64,000 nt of DNA from positions 8,246,001 to 8,310,000 of the forward strand of contig OX597815.1 of NCBI GenBank assembly GCA_951406725.2, read 5' to 3'. How positions within the stretch are numbered: the stretch's first letter is position 1; each line of letters begins with the position of its first letter. Shown here piece by piece: positions 39,438-52,240 of this stretch. The position numbers were made by a program, and so were the translations under genes. This DNA comes from Octopus vulgaris. Its lineage: Eukaryota. The notes beneath the pieces are model-generated. The model had not been told where the DNA came from, searched no databases, and was given only the letters and a program-made list of their open reading frames with translations.

Positions 39438-39460
<23 letters not shown>
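39236..39460 (+). repeat. ~225-bp dispersed repeat flanked by trinucleotide microsatellites
   Basis: Second copy at 53349-53560. Confidence 0.85.
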
Positions 39461-39472
<12 letters not shown>

Positions 39473-39789
39473 CCGCAGCAGCAACAGCGATAACGGCAGT
39501 AGAAGCTACAGCAGCATTCTCAAATTCCTCAAATTGCACACTGGCAGGATTGAACTAGACTTGTAACAGACATGAAACTTAACAACGATTATAACAGCAA
39601 CAACGACAACAACAACAACAACAACAGTATTCTTTAAAAAATCATAGAAAGACTTCTTACAAATACCCCCCAGCTGACAATCTCCGTTTCTGCTTCACAA
39701 TTCACCAATCTTCCACAAAAGTTACGCGACTTCAACAACAACGACAACAGCAATAACACTAACATGAACAAAACCAACCTACCTACCCT

Positions 39790-39950
39790 TTATTCTCTTT
39801 TTTTTTTTACTCTTTTACTTGTCTCAGTCATTTGACTGCGGCCATGCTGGAGCACCGCCTTTAATCGAGCAACTCGACCCCGGGACTTATTCTTTTGTAA
39901 GCCCAGTACTTATTCTATCGGTCTTTTTTGCCGAACCGCTAAGTAACGTC
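39790..39950 (-). mobile_element. SINE family C 3' fragment
   Basis: Homology to 34200-34354. Confidence 0.85.
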
Positions 39951-39988
39951 AACATATGCAAAATATTTGTCTCAAGAATACCACCACC

Positions 39989-40020
<32 letters not shown>

Positions 40021-40384
40021 CAACAACTGCAGCAGCAGCAATAACAACAGCATTTACCACAACCAATACTAAAAGGGGAGCTTTTACTTAATCGCTTCGT
40101 TTGCTAGATATAGCAACCAAGTCAACCTTAAATGTTAGCTTGCTGTCTTACTGAAAAAAAAAATGGTCACTTTCGATAATGTAGTTACAACGTCTCTTTT
40201 GTAAGAGACAGGATGTTCACGTCTGGAATGTCATTTATAATAGGTCAACTCAGTGACTACTGACCTAAATTTTAACAGCAATAGTACGACTAAGCAAAAA
40301 ATATGTCTACCCGAATATATTTTCACTAATATGGAGAATATACCGCCAACTTTGCCCAAACGACTTAAACATTAGTTTCTAGGT

Positions 40385-40745
40385 TCATCCAAGGCTGGGA
40401 TGAACCTGGGCCATACGTCCCCTGCCCAATTCAGGGTCACAGCATATAGGTACATTGCAACATAATTTCTTTTCCTCAACAGGCCCTGCCCTGTTTAACA
40501 TTGTCCCGAAAGAGATCAAAGAGGAGTAGGATTCCATCAACTTTAAACGGAGTCTGAACAAATTTCTTCAAGGAATACCGGATAAGCCACCCATAATTGG
40601 ATACAACTCACTCAAAAAGAACACACTACTTGAATGGACCATAAACAAAACTTGACTTAAACAGGATTTAGATAATCCTATCAGGTGGTGCTATTAAGTT
40701 AGACATGGCTTGGACCAATCTTTGGTCGAAACATATCTAAGTTCA
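40385..40745 (+). mobile_element. 3' end of a CR1/L2-like LINE
   Basis: GPALFNIVPKEIKEE*DSINFKRSLNKFLQGIPDKPPIIGYNSLKKNTLLEW. Confidence 0.7.
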
Positions 40746-41373
40746 TTTAAGTTTATATATATAATATTATATATATATATATGCGCACATTATTTAATAA
40801 CAGTTTGATTCAGCTCTGTGCAACTTAAAATTTCGTTGGCTCGTAAGATTACACAATACTTTGGCGAAAATTGCGCAATCTTATCGATTCGTCACGTCAT
40901 GTGAAATTTTCGCCGAACGACTGTGTAATCTTGCCAGCTGATTTCATGAAACACGTGTACAGTTTTCCAAGCACTAGCCTATACTGAGGCTCCATGCAGT
41001 TTATCTAACTGCACTGGATGCAGGAGTGGGACCTGGAATTCACTGTCGTGATTTATGGCGCCCCTCATGCACACATACATATATACATATATACGCATTC
41101 ATGCACATATGTACCAAATACATACATACACACATACATATAACTTATATATATGTAAATATGAATATGTTATATATGTGCAGGTGTGGCTGAGTGGTAA
41201 GAAGCTAGCTTCCCAACCACATGGTTCCGCGTTCAACTCCACTGCGTGGCACTTTTGGCCAAATACCCTTGTGAGTGGATTTGGTAGACGGCATAAATCA
41301 TAAATCAGATTTCTTCAAAGAATACCGGATAAGCCACCCATACCGGATAAGCCACCCATACCGGATAAGCCAC

Positions 41374-41429
<56 letters not shown>

Positions 41430-41809
41430 CATTCAACCACGGTAGTGGTTGAATATAATCTTAAGTCCACCATTTCGTCAATCGCAGCAGCTTCCAAGCT
41501 TCAGCACTAATTCAGTTCTCAACTAAATTGCAAACTGTTAATAGTTTTAAAGAAGACACCTCCTCAGCTACACTTTGGCATAAATAGTTTGAGATTTGGT
41601 TCAGTAGAAAAAAGGTTACATCAAAATATCTGCGACCTCAAAGGGGCGGGGGGAGTAAAGAAGATATTCACCTTTATTTAGCATAGATTTTAAAATTTGC
41701 TGAAGGCTGGAATGTCTTTGATGAAACGTTTGCAGTATCAGGGTTGAATTGTGGCTAAACGACAACAACATTATGTTCAATTTCTATATTAACACCCGCA
41801 CAATTTTCA

Positions 41810-42020
41810 CTAAGAAAAAAAAAATCGATTTTTTTGCGTGGAATCAAGTGGCGCAGAAGAAGTAAGAGAGAAGATTAATTCCTGTTCACGGCGAAGGCGG
41901 GAGTTCGGATGTCCTCTGTGCAGAGACCGTCCGATCACAGACTGATGTTGTAGCGAATGACCGGTAGAGCGGAAATGGCGCGTAGCCGGGGTGTCATTGC
42001 CGAGCCTGATATCTCGGGGA
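41810..42020 (-). mobile_element. Penelope-like GIY-YIG endonuclease C-terminal fragment
   Basis: DIRLGNDTPATRHFRSTGHSLQH...RLRREQELIFSLTSSAPLD resembles the PVAxHF..GH...R...EQxLIFxLxTLxPxGLN end of PLE ORFs. Confidence 0.7.
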
Positions 42021-42040
42021 CACACACACAGACAGAGACA

Positions 42041-42110
<70 letters not shown>

Positions 42111-42119
42111 CAAATACAT

Positions 42120-42335
42120 GTCTTTGTGCCTGTTTGTCCCACCACCACCACCGCTTAACAACCGGTGTTGGTGTGTTTAAGTCCCTGTAACTTAGCGGTT
42201 CGGCAAAGAGATCAATACAGTAAGTACCAGGTTATAAAAAAAGTACTAGGGTAAATTTGATTCTACCAAAAGTTCTTCAAGGCGGTGTCCCGCCTCCCAT
42301 GGTGGCAGTCTTATGACTGAAACAAGTAAAAGATT
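42120..42335 (+). mobile_element. SINE family C 3' part, old
   Basis: Homology. Confidence 0.75.
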
Positions 42336-43211
42336 TTAGATAAAATATATGTGTATAAATGCGTGTGTATTCTGTGATGTGTGTGAGCTTGTGAAATATG
42401 GGTGTACCTGACATGTGTGTCACAGTATTTTCATTCAGTAATCCTTCTCTCTCTGACGACAGCAAATAACAAGGTTACAGTAGTATCAGTAGAAGGTGAG
42501 GTCAAGCTGAATAAATGTAACGTGTGTGTGTGCATGCGTGTGTGCGTGCGTGTGTGTGTACCTGCGTGCGTGTGTTCGTTTGTGTGTTGAGAGCAATGTA
42601 TTTTAAATATAAAAATGAACTGTTCTGGACTTCGACATTTTAACCCAAGTATTATGTAACGGATGTTTTTGGTTGCTATAGTGTACCGCAATAGGTCTTC
42701 GGTCGCTTTCGATAATGACAGGTGTTTTAGTTTATGCAAATGACGTCACAATAATGGTATCAGACACCACAGAGGTCGAGGGAGTCAGTACCATTCTCAT
42801 GAAATAAGCGCGGTGAAAGGAACAAAGATTCCGCCAGATAAATTAGTGGGTTTTCAACCCGACACTTGAAGAGTCATTTCCATGCTGCCAGAGAGCATCA
42901 TCACCATCCGGCGCTCCATGATGCTGTGGCTGAATGGTCGAGCAGAGCCGCTGAACGCATATATCACCTCAATAATAATATTACCGTCTGGCTGTCGCTC
43001 CCGCCAAAATTTTCTTCCGATAAAATTGGAACGTCTGCTCTTTCACTTCTTGTTCAACCGGTCAGGTAGTACTCAAAACGATATTAATCCTTTCTACTGT
43101 AGGAACAAGGTCTGACATTTTGGGTGAGTCGATTACATCGACTCCCAATGCTCAGCTAATGCTTATTTTATCGACCTCCCAGTACCAAGCTGGTACTTAT
43201 TTTATTGACTT

Positions 43212-43445
43212 CGGGCGGCGAGCTGGCAGAATCGTTAGCACGCCGGGCGCAATGCTTAGCGGTATTTCGTCTGCCGTTACGTTCTGAGTTTAAATTTCGC
43301 TGAGGTCGACTTTGCCTTTCATCCTTTCGGGGTCGATAAATTAAGTACCAGTTACGCACTGGGGTCGATGTAATCGACTTAATTCGTTTGTCTGTCCTTG
43401 TTTGTCCTCTCTGTGTTTAGCCCCCTGTGGATAGTAAAGAAATAG
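43212..43445 (+). mobile_element. SINE family A nested in an older reverse copy
   Basis: TSD ggtacttattttattga. Confidence 0.9.
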
Positions 43446-43659
43446 GTACTTATTTTATTGAGTTCGACAGAACGAAAGCAAAGTCTACACCGGCGGCATT
43501 TGAACTCAAAACATAAAGTCGGAAGAAAAGCAGCTAAGCATTTTGTCCGGCACGGTAACGATTCTGTCAGCTCACCGTCTTAGAAGATTATGATGATGAT
43601 GATGATGATAGTCCTTTGTGAGACCTTTGACGCCAGGTTGCTCTCTACACTCAAAGAAT

Positions 43660-44035
43660 TAACCGGAAAAGTATGATCGAGAGCTCTGAGAAGTAAAGCA
43701 TAATAAGGCCTAATTTAGTAGTGGTAGGCAAAGAAAATAGAGCCCCAAATGATGAGAAAGTCAATATGAGCGGTATAAAGAAAACAGCACAGTACCAGGA
43801 GCTAGCCATTGTGTTGAAGAGGCTATAAAAAATGCGGGTAAAATGTATTCCTGGAATTATAGGGATATTAGGAACTATTCCTACAGATTTGAACAGGGGG
43901 ATAGAGGAAAGGCATAAAACTTAGTTTAGCGCAGCTCCAGGAACAGCTAGGATACTTGGGAAGAAGGTTCTTGGCATCTAAGGCTACTTGTTGTAGCCCG
44001 ATGTTAGGAAGTTTTCTCTTCCAACATTTTAATCC
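43660..44035 (+). mobile_element. 3' end of an R4/Dong-clade non-LTR element (restriction-like endonuclease)
   Basis: RPNLVVVGKEN..APNDEKV...KTAQYQELAIVLKRL*KMRVKCIPGIIGILGTIP resembles the REL motif RPDxVV..KYxDL..IPxVIGALG; 3' UTR ctaaggctacttgttgtagcccg. Confidence 0.7.
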
Positions 44036-44151
44036 GTGGTGCGTATATGTAACAACAACAACGATTTCGTGTTTATTGTCTACAATGCTTATCTTATCTT
44101 GTATATTGTCCTCAATGTTTTTGAATTCTTGTGGCCATTAAAGATATTATA

Positions 44152-44534
44152 GGAGGCGCAATGGCCCAGTGGTTAGGGTAGCGGACTCGCGGTCATAGGA
44201 TCGCAGTTTCGATTCCCAGACCGGGCGTTGTGAGTGTTTATTGAGCGAAAACACCTAAAAGCTCCACGAGGCTCCGGCAGAGGATGCTGGTGATCCCTGC
44301 TGTACTCTTTCACCACAACTTTCTCTCACTCTTACTTCCTGTTTCTGTGTACCTGTATTTCAAAGGGCCGGCCTTGTCACTCTCTGTGTCACGCTGAATA
44401 TCCCCGAGAACTACGTTAAGGGTGCACGTGTCTGTGGAGTGCTCAGCCACTTACACGTTAATTTCACGAGCAGGCTGTTCCGTTGATTCGGATCAATCGG
44501 AACCCTCATCGTCGTAACCGACGGAGTGCTTCCA
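44152..44534 (+). mobile_element. SINE family B, tail B1
   Basis: TSD aagatattata. Confidence 0.92.
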
Positions 44535-44539
44535 AAGAT

Positions 44540-44720
44540 ATTATATTATTATTATTATTATTATTATTATAATTATTATTATAATTATTATTATTATTTC
44601 GTAAATTTATTTTTTGTCCCATTTTCCCCACCGCTTCATACAAATTGTCCACCATCTTTGTAATGTGGCCCCTCAGCTGACGCTCCTGTAGCAAATTAAG
44701 AAAACGTATTGTTGTTGTTG

Positions 44721-44775
<55 letters not shown>

Positions 44776-44866
44776 GTTTTTCCTTCTTTCTTCAAATTTT
44801 CTTCCGTTTCTCGCCGAGTGTTTTCCATACACCTAGGGCAGAGAAGGGCATTGTATGCATTCCCAG

Positions 44867-44917
<51 letters not shown>

Positions 44918-44932
44918 ATTATTATTATAATA

Positions 44933-44966
<34 letters not shown>
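44540..44966. repeat. (TTA)n arrays with two short embedded inserts
   Basis: Inserts at 44600-44707 and 44776-44867. Confidence 0.85.
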
Positions 44967-45796
44967 GTTTGTGGAAATAGTTTTCTTAATTTGGCAATTA
45001 TCTCAGGTCCGTAATTTGATATTACTACTCACCAGCAAAAAACTATTTTTCAAAGAAGTCAGGTATTTAATTTATTCCGTCTTGACCTTCTGTGTTGACA
45101 TTCTTTACTACCACCCTCAGCTAGCAGTTCAAGTTTTACATAAGATTTGAGCCTCTAAAGAAAATCAAATTATTCCAAGAAGCTAATACTTGAAGCAACA
45201 CGAAGATGATGATGATGATGGGTGGTGGTAGTAGTGGAGGGTGTTAAAGAGAGACACGAGTACGCAGGAATTGTTATGTTTATTGAGGTGTATTTTATGC
45301 GGAGACTTAAGAAAGCAAAGTTTACATACTAAAGCCTGCAACATGGGTGTTATTGGTTAATAAAAGTGCCGTGTGTCAAATACATTGTTGGTTTGAGAAG
45401 TAATGATAATACAGTGTTTATGACTAACGTTTTATATTTTAAACTGTTCTTCAGTTTGTGAGAGTCCTTTGACTTAATCTTTATGTTTTTCCTTATCTAA
45501 AGAGTAGCTGCTTCAAATGTACAGACGTTATTTATGATTTTTCATGACAATAAATGCATGAAAATCAAATCCGACACATTCCAGGACATGTCACCACTCA
45601 GGTAAATGATAGCACCTCTCGGCTGTATTTGTTTTCTGTTAGGTAAACTTTATTAAAATAGAATTCTACAATCTGTTCGCCGTCATATGCCAACCCCTGT
45701 TATTGATTGCTACTCGCTACACTTTTGTTATTTCTTGGCGCATTTGTTGGGTTTCAGGGTTTTTTTTTCAATATTTGAGGAGAGAGAACAGAGTAA

Positions 45797-46616
45797 GGAT
45801 CTCTTCGGTTTGAACGGCAGTTTTTTCTAGCGGTGTCATATGAAATTGTCACCCATAATTATGACCCTAGTATCGATCTTTCTCTCTTTCTCTTTTCTCT
45901 TTTACTTGTTTCAGTCATTTGACTGCAGCCATGCTGGAGCACCGCCTTTAATCGAGCAAATCGACTCCGGGACTTATTCTTTGTAAGCCCAGTACTTATT
46001 CTATCGGTCTCTTTTGCCGAACCGCCAAGTGACGGGGACGTAAACACACCAGCATCGGTTGTCAAGCAATGCTAGGGGGACAAATACAGACACACAAACA
46101 CACACATACATATATATACATATATACGACAGGCTTCTTTCAGTTTCCGTCTACCAAATCCACTCACAAGGCATTGGTCGGCCCGGGGCTATAGCAAAAG
46201 ACACTTGCCCAAGATGCCACGCAGTGGGACTGAACCCGGAACCATGTGGCTGGTTAGCAAGCTACTTACCACACAGCCACTATTGCATTTCAATCTGTTT
46301 TAAGGTTAGGGTTAGGGGTGGGGGAAGGGTATCTTTTTTTCTTCAGAAAGGTAAATAAACCCAATCTGTTTCTTAAACGAAGGACGTATTCAGACGGCAC
46401 AGAATGTTTTTTTTACCTCAATAGACGTCAGTGATTGGTTGAAATTGCAGAAATTGAAGAAAAAAACCCCCAAATATCTTACAAATTATAGAATTTTCTC
46501 AATAAAGCCAAGCGAAAAAAATGTTTTATAAACACATTCTACCAGTATACGAAGTTTAAAATTTTTTAGTTACCTAGAAATTATGTTAAAAACTGCCGTT
46601 CAAACCGAAAAGATCC
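45797..46616. mobile_element. GGATC-ended MITE with nested SINE C (45879-46280, minus strand)
   Basis: TIRs; 8-bp TSD cagagtaa. Confidence 0.88.
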
Positions 46617-46804
46617 CAGAGTAAAGTGTAAAGTGACTTGCTGATTGATGCAAAGTCATTTTTTTTTCTTTTTCTCAAAATTTTCATTAACTAATCGAAG
46701 GGGTATCTGCATTCATGACAGGCCCGGGTCGACTAGCCAGATCAGCACGATTGGTGTTAAGTTTCAACATCTATAGGTTGGTGTCCACAAGAAACAAAAG
46801 TATG

Positions 46805-46880
46805 GCGGCGAGCTGCCAGAATCGTTAGCACAGCGGGCGAAATGCTTAGCAGTATTTCGTCTGTCGTTATAAAGAAATAG
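46805..46880 (+). mobile_element. Internally deleted SINE A (head fused to tail end)
   Basis: ggcggcgagctg...tcgtctgtcgtta|taaagaaatag. Confidence 0.75.
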
Positions 46881-46964
46881 GAAAGGCAATAAAGAAATAG
46901 AAAAGGTGCACCAACATTCAAGTTTTCATAACTGTAGCTTTAAGTATGCATTATGGTTGGGTGT

Positions 46965-47354
46965 GGAGGCGCAATGGCCCAGTGGTTAGGGCAGCGGACT
47001 CGCGGTCATAGGATCGCGGTTTCGATTCCCAGACCGGGCGTTGTGTGTGTTTATTGAGCGAAAACACCTAAAGCTCCACGAGACTCCGGCAGGGGATGGT
47101 GATGATCCCTGCTGTACTCTTTCGCCACAACTTTCTCTCACTCTTACTTCCTGTTTCTGTTGTACCTGTATTTCAAAGGGCCAGCCTTGTCACTCTCTGT
47201 GTCACGCTGAATATCCCCGAGAACTACGTTAAGGGTACACGTGTCTGTGGAGTGCTCAGCCACTTACACGTTAATTTCACGAGCAGGCTGTTCCGTTGAT
47301 TCGGATCAACCGGAACCCTCGTCGTCGTAACCGACGGAGTGCTTCCATCCATCC
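46965..47354 (+). mobile_element. SINE family B, tail B1
   Basis: 27-bp TSD agctttaagt(a/t)tgcattatggttgggt. Confidence 0.93.
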
Positions 47355-47613
47355 AGCTTTAAGTTTGCATTATGGTTGGGTAGTTCACTGTATTGTATCC
47401 CTGATCATGATATACTAAATGTTCAGTCAACATAGCTCTAAGCATCACAGTCGTTATATAGTTTCATAATTGAAAGTAGCTGTAGCACTGTAAAATTGAC
47501 GGGTGTTTTGATAGCCGTATTGTGTAATTTGATCTGAGTTGAAGTGGTTTTGAGGCTTTTATGAGAAAATCTCGTCTTTGCGATGTAATTATAGTTATGT
47601 TACATAACTATAA

Positions 47614-48178
47614 GGCGGCGAGCTGGCAGAAACGTTAGCACACCGGGCGAAATGCTTCGCGGTATTTCGTCTGCCGTTACGTACTGAGTTCAAATTCCGC
47701 CGAGGTCGACTTTGCCTTTCATCCTTTCTGGGTCGATAAATTAAGTACCAGTTACGCACTGGGGTCGATATAATCGACTTAATCCCTTTGTCTGTCCTTG
47801 TTTGTCCCCTCTGTGTTTAGCCCCTTGTGGGTAGTAAAGAAATAGGTATTTCGTCTGCCGTTACGTACTGAGTTCAAATTCCGCCGAGGTCGACTTTGCC
47901 TTTCATCCTTTCGGGGTCGATAAATTAAGTACCAGTTACGCACTGGAGTCGATGTAATCGACTTAATCCGTTTGTCTGTCCTTGTTTGTCCCCTGTGTGT
48001 TTAGCCCCTTGTGCGTCCTGAGTTCAAATTCCGCCGAGGTCGACTTTGCATTTCATCCTTTCGGGGTCGATAAATTAAGTACCAGTTACGCACTGGAGTC
48101 GATGTAATCGACTTAATCCGTTTGTCTGTCCTTGTTTGTCCCCTCTATGTTTAGCCCCTTGTGGGCAGTAAAGAAATA
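47614..48178 (+). mobile_element. SINE family A trimer
   Basis: TSD tatagttatgttacata; second unit restarts at ggtatttcgtctg, third at ctgagttcaaattcc. Confidence 0.92.
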
Positions 48179-48727
48179 TATAGTTATGTTACATATGTGG
48201 GATCGCTAGGCAGGATGCGAACTTGTGTCTTTGATACCAATAGCGAGTGTGTCTTTCTTTTGGTCTGCAATAAAATACAAAGATAAATTAGATTGTCTTA
48301 TCTTCATTAACAATGCTCTTATGATCTCTGTTTACAGAGATAGGGTACATTCCTAGAGATACACTTCATTTCTAAATTCTGCAAGACAGACACCATCTAC
48401 GGTTATTCTCTGTCAAGTTTCATTCAAGTAAATTTATGCATTAGGTCCATGCTGCTTGTTTCCTTGTATTTCGTGTCTTCCGTACTTTGTGGTCATCTTT
48501 ATCTCCGCCGCTGCTAATATCTGTTTGTTCGTCATCAACCCTGCGATTCAACGGCCTGCTAAAAATAGCAGTCAGATTTTCCTCCTCGATTCACACTATT
48601 TGCTGTTCTAAAAGTGGAACGGCAGCACTTTCTACAATGTAGTCGTAGTATACAAAAAGACGGGATGGTCGCATCTTCTCTCCCTCCCACACCTCTGTCT
48701 ATCTGTCTGTCTGTCTGTCTCTGTCTG

Positions 48728-48759
<32 letters not shown>

Positions 48760-49026
48760 TCCTTTCTCTCTTTCCATGCAAGCGCGACGTTTGGTATTAC
48801 TCAAGCATCGGTTTCCACTTGGACGAACGACGCGACGAAGTACGACCAAATAATTTGGGTGTCTTAATTGGTGTTCTTATTGTTGTGGCTATCATTGCTG
48901 TTATGGCAATATCCAGTTTCTCCTTCAACTACGACAGGCTTTTACACAAACAGACTTATACGTAGACACAAACACAAACACATACATGCGCGCGCACACT
49001 TGCATGCATAAACATATCTCATTGTA

Positions 49027-49200
49027 TCCTTATATATATATATATAGGGAGGGTTTACGAAAGAAAACAAAAGACGAAAACAGGTGGTATACAAAACAAA
49101 CAGATGTATTAGTATAACACTCAGGAATAGAAAAAGTCTTTTACGTTTCGAGCCTACGCTCTTCCACAGAAAGGGACACAGAAAAAACAAGGAGAGAAAA
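49027..49200 (-). mobile_element. Penelope-like terminal repeat with hammerhead-like motif
   Basis: Minus strand gtccctttctgtggaagagcgtaggctcgaaacgtaaaagac. Confidence 0.55.
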
Positions 49201-49400
49201 AAAATGTGTGTAGTGGCTAATGATCCATCATGGCGACTGTATACACACACACACACACACACATACACATACCTATATAAATTCATATATACATACAAAT
49301 ATACATATATGCATATAAGATATACATGTACTTCTATATTCACGCGCATACACATACACACACATCTCTGTGCATGTATACATATATATAATATATATGA

Positions 49401-49437
<37 letters not shown>

Positions 49438-49490
49438 GGGTGAGTGAGAGTGTCATGATGACTGACAAATATAGTCAGACAGAATGAGTT

Positions 49491-49537
<47 letters not shown>

Positions 49538-49840
49538 CTTGTTTGACACTGGAGAACATTTTGCATTGCAATTAAGTTTTTTTTTGAGATTGGGATAGTG
49601 GTTTGCATCAAATAATTAACAATTGGTTCTGCTGTTGTTCCAGATAGAAAGTTCAGAGGCTCCATCGTAAAGTTAAATAATGTAAATTATTCAGTTATTG
49701 AAAATATTGCTGTCACAGTATTTTGAAACATAGGACAATATTGTTCTGTAGTAAGAGTAATTTTGGCAATACTTCGCCGGCTACAAAGCAAAGTTTAATG
49801 ACGAAGGATAAAGAAAATGAAATATTAACAGGATAGATAA

Positions 49841-50195
49841 GGCGGCGAACTGGCAGAAACGTTAGCACGGCGGGCGCAATGCTTTGCGGTATTTCGTCTG
49901 TCTTTACGTTCTGAGTTCAAATTCCGCCGGGGTCGACTTTGCCTTTCATCCTTTCGGAGTCGATAAATTAAGTACCAGTTGCGTACTGCGGTCGATCTAA
50001 TCGACTGCCTCCCTCCGTCCAAATTTCGGACCTTGTGTCCAAAGTAGAAAAGATTATGTTGTGAGTTCAAATTCCGCCGAGCTCGACTTGACCTTTCATC
50101 TTTTCGGGGTCAACTGTCAGTTGAACATTAGGGTTGAAGCATTCGATTAATAACACCACCCGAATTTCTGACTATGTGCCAAAATTTGAAAGCAA
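49841..50195 (+). mobile_element. SINE family A variant (alternative tail) plus partial second unit
   Basis: Homology. Confidence 0.85.
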
Positions 50196-50381
50196 TATTA
50201 AAAGGATGGTTGTTAAAGGTATTGACCACTTTTGCCACCAAATAGTATATATTTCCTTATATGCAATTGTTCCTCTCTGTCCGCGCGCGCATTGTTGCCC
50301 TTACATTGTGTATAGCGTGTTTGTAGGAATTTACAAGTCTTCATTGACATCAGACACTTCCAATAGATCAAGACAGACTTC

Positions 50382-50730
50382 TGATATTTTCACTTTGACC
50401 GGCAGATTTAAAAGATAATTCTTTGTAACTAAACACTTTAAAACTTCGTATACTGGTAGAATGTGTCATATAAAACATCTTTTTCTCTTGGCTTTCTTGA
50501 GAAAATGAGAAAATTCTGTAGTTTGTAAGCTATTTGTTGTTAAATTTCTCGTATTTCGACAATTTCAACCAATCAATGTAATCAAATAGCTCACAAACTA
50601 CAGAATTTTCTCAAGAATGCCAAGAGAAAAAGATGTTTTATATGACACATTCTACCAGTATACGAAGTTTAAAAGTGTTTAGTTACAAAAAATTATATTT
50701 TAAATCTGCCGGTTAAAGTGAAAAAAATCT
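50382..50730. mobile_element. GGATC-family fold-back MITE with decayed ends
   Basis: Long inverted arms; 8-bp TSD cagacttc. Confidence 0.82.
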
Positions 50731-50787
50731 CAGACTTCCACCTTTTTCTCTTTCAAATCGGGTGTTAGTTACCGAGGTACCCACATA

Positions 50788-51105
50788 GAAGGCGCGTGGT
50801 TTAAAGACTAGGGGATTGGGCTCACGATCGTAAGGTCGTGAGTTCGATTCCCGGCAGCGCCTTGTGTCCTTGAGCAAGACACTTTATTTCTCGTTGCTCC
50901 AGTCCACTCAGCTAGCAAAAATTGAATAGTACCGGTAAATCAAAGAACCAGCGTTGTCACATTCTGTGTTATGCTGATCCTCCCTGTGAACTACTTTAAG
51001 GGTATGCGTGTCTGTGGAGTACTCAACCACTTGTACATTAATTTCAAGAGCAAGTTCTTCCATTGGTCGAATCAACTGGAACACTCATCGTCGTAACCGA
51101 CGGAA
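50788..51105 (+). mobile_element. Old SINE with family D-like head and B1-like tail
   Basis: gaaggcgcgtgg..gtgtccttgagcaagacact..tcgtcgtaaccgacgg. Confidence 0.75.
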
Positions 51106-51180
51106 AACCAGGCACCCACTTTGCACATTCTCCGATACTCAGTGTCTTCCACCACCACCTGAAATACATTGTCATTATAT

Positions 51181-51410
51181 ATTTCTTTACTGCCTACAAG
51201 GGGCTAAACACAGAGAGGACAAACAAGGACAGACAAACGGATTAAGTTGATTATATCGACCCCAGTGCGTAACTGGTACTTAATTTATTGACCCCGAAAG
51301 GATGAAAGGCAAAGTCGACCTCGGCGGAATTTGAACTCAGAACGTAGCGGCAGACGAAATACCGCCAAGCATTTCGCCCGGCGTGTTAACGATTCTGCCA
51401 GCTCGCCGCC
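51181..51410 (-). mobile_element. SINE family A, full length
   Basis: TSD atacattgtcattata. Confidence 0.92.
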
Positions 51411-51439
51411 TTATACATTGTCATTATAGCCGAATTCTA

Positions 51440-51720
51440 CAGCAAGCTCACAGATTGTGACACGTTTGTCCGTGCAGAATCAGTTCGCGCACCCGCTGTC
51501 GATTTATGTCAGTGGTCGTAGCTGATGGCCTACCATTTCGTAGTCTGTCTTCAATACTGTTTTTTTCTTCTTCCTTATATTTCATTCCTCTATGCATGTT
51601 TCCCTCGTCTCTTGTCATTTTCTTAGACAACCTGTAACCTTCTGTGGATGTCGGAGAAGCTACACCTCCCCATCAAGGACTTAATGATGGCACGTTGCAT
51701 CTCGCTTGGAACCCATTGTT
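51440..51720 (-). mobile_element. Mariner transposase N-terminal fragment
   Basis: SIEDRLRNGRPSATTTDINRQRVRELI resembles mariner S.EDxxRSGRP...V.ELI. Confidence 0.65.
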
Positions 51721-51937
51721 TGCCTGCAATGAAGAAAAGCAGAAGAGTTACTAAAGAGGATGTTGTACTCTCCCAACGACCAATGTCAGTTCATAAAAAA
51801 AAGTCATGCCCACTTTTACATTAGTCAAGACAACCCTCGTACGCACGCACATATACAGATGCCTGTCTGTCTGTCTGTCTGTTTGTATGTATGTATGTAT
51901 GTATGTATGTATGTATGTATGTATGTATGTATGTATG

Positions 51938-51976
<39 letters not shown>

Positions 51977-52093
51977 ATGTATGTATGTATGTATATATGT
52001 ATGTATGTATGTATGTATGTACGTATGTATGTATGTATGTATGTATGTATGTATGTATGTATGTATGTATGTATGTGTGTGTGTATGTATGTA

Positions 52094-52240
52094 GGGAGAG
52101 TTTACGAAAAATACAAAAGACGAAGACAGGTGGTGTACAAAACAAACATGTATTAATATAATTAATGCTCAGGAATAGAAAAAGTCTTTTATGTTTCGAG
52201 CCTACGCTCTTCTACAGAAAGGGACACAGAAAAAAAACAC
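52094..52240 (-). mobile_element. Penelope-like terminal repeat with hammerhead-like motif
   Basis: Copy of 49027-49200. Confidence 0.55.

Noticed and set aside
49671-49726. Exon following the TM segment (acceptor ttccag at ~49642)
   Set aside because: No reading phase joins it to the TM segment without a stop, and no motif was recognised.
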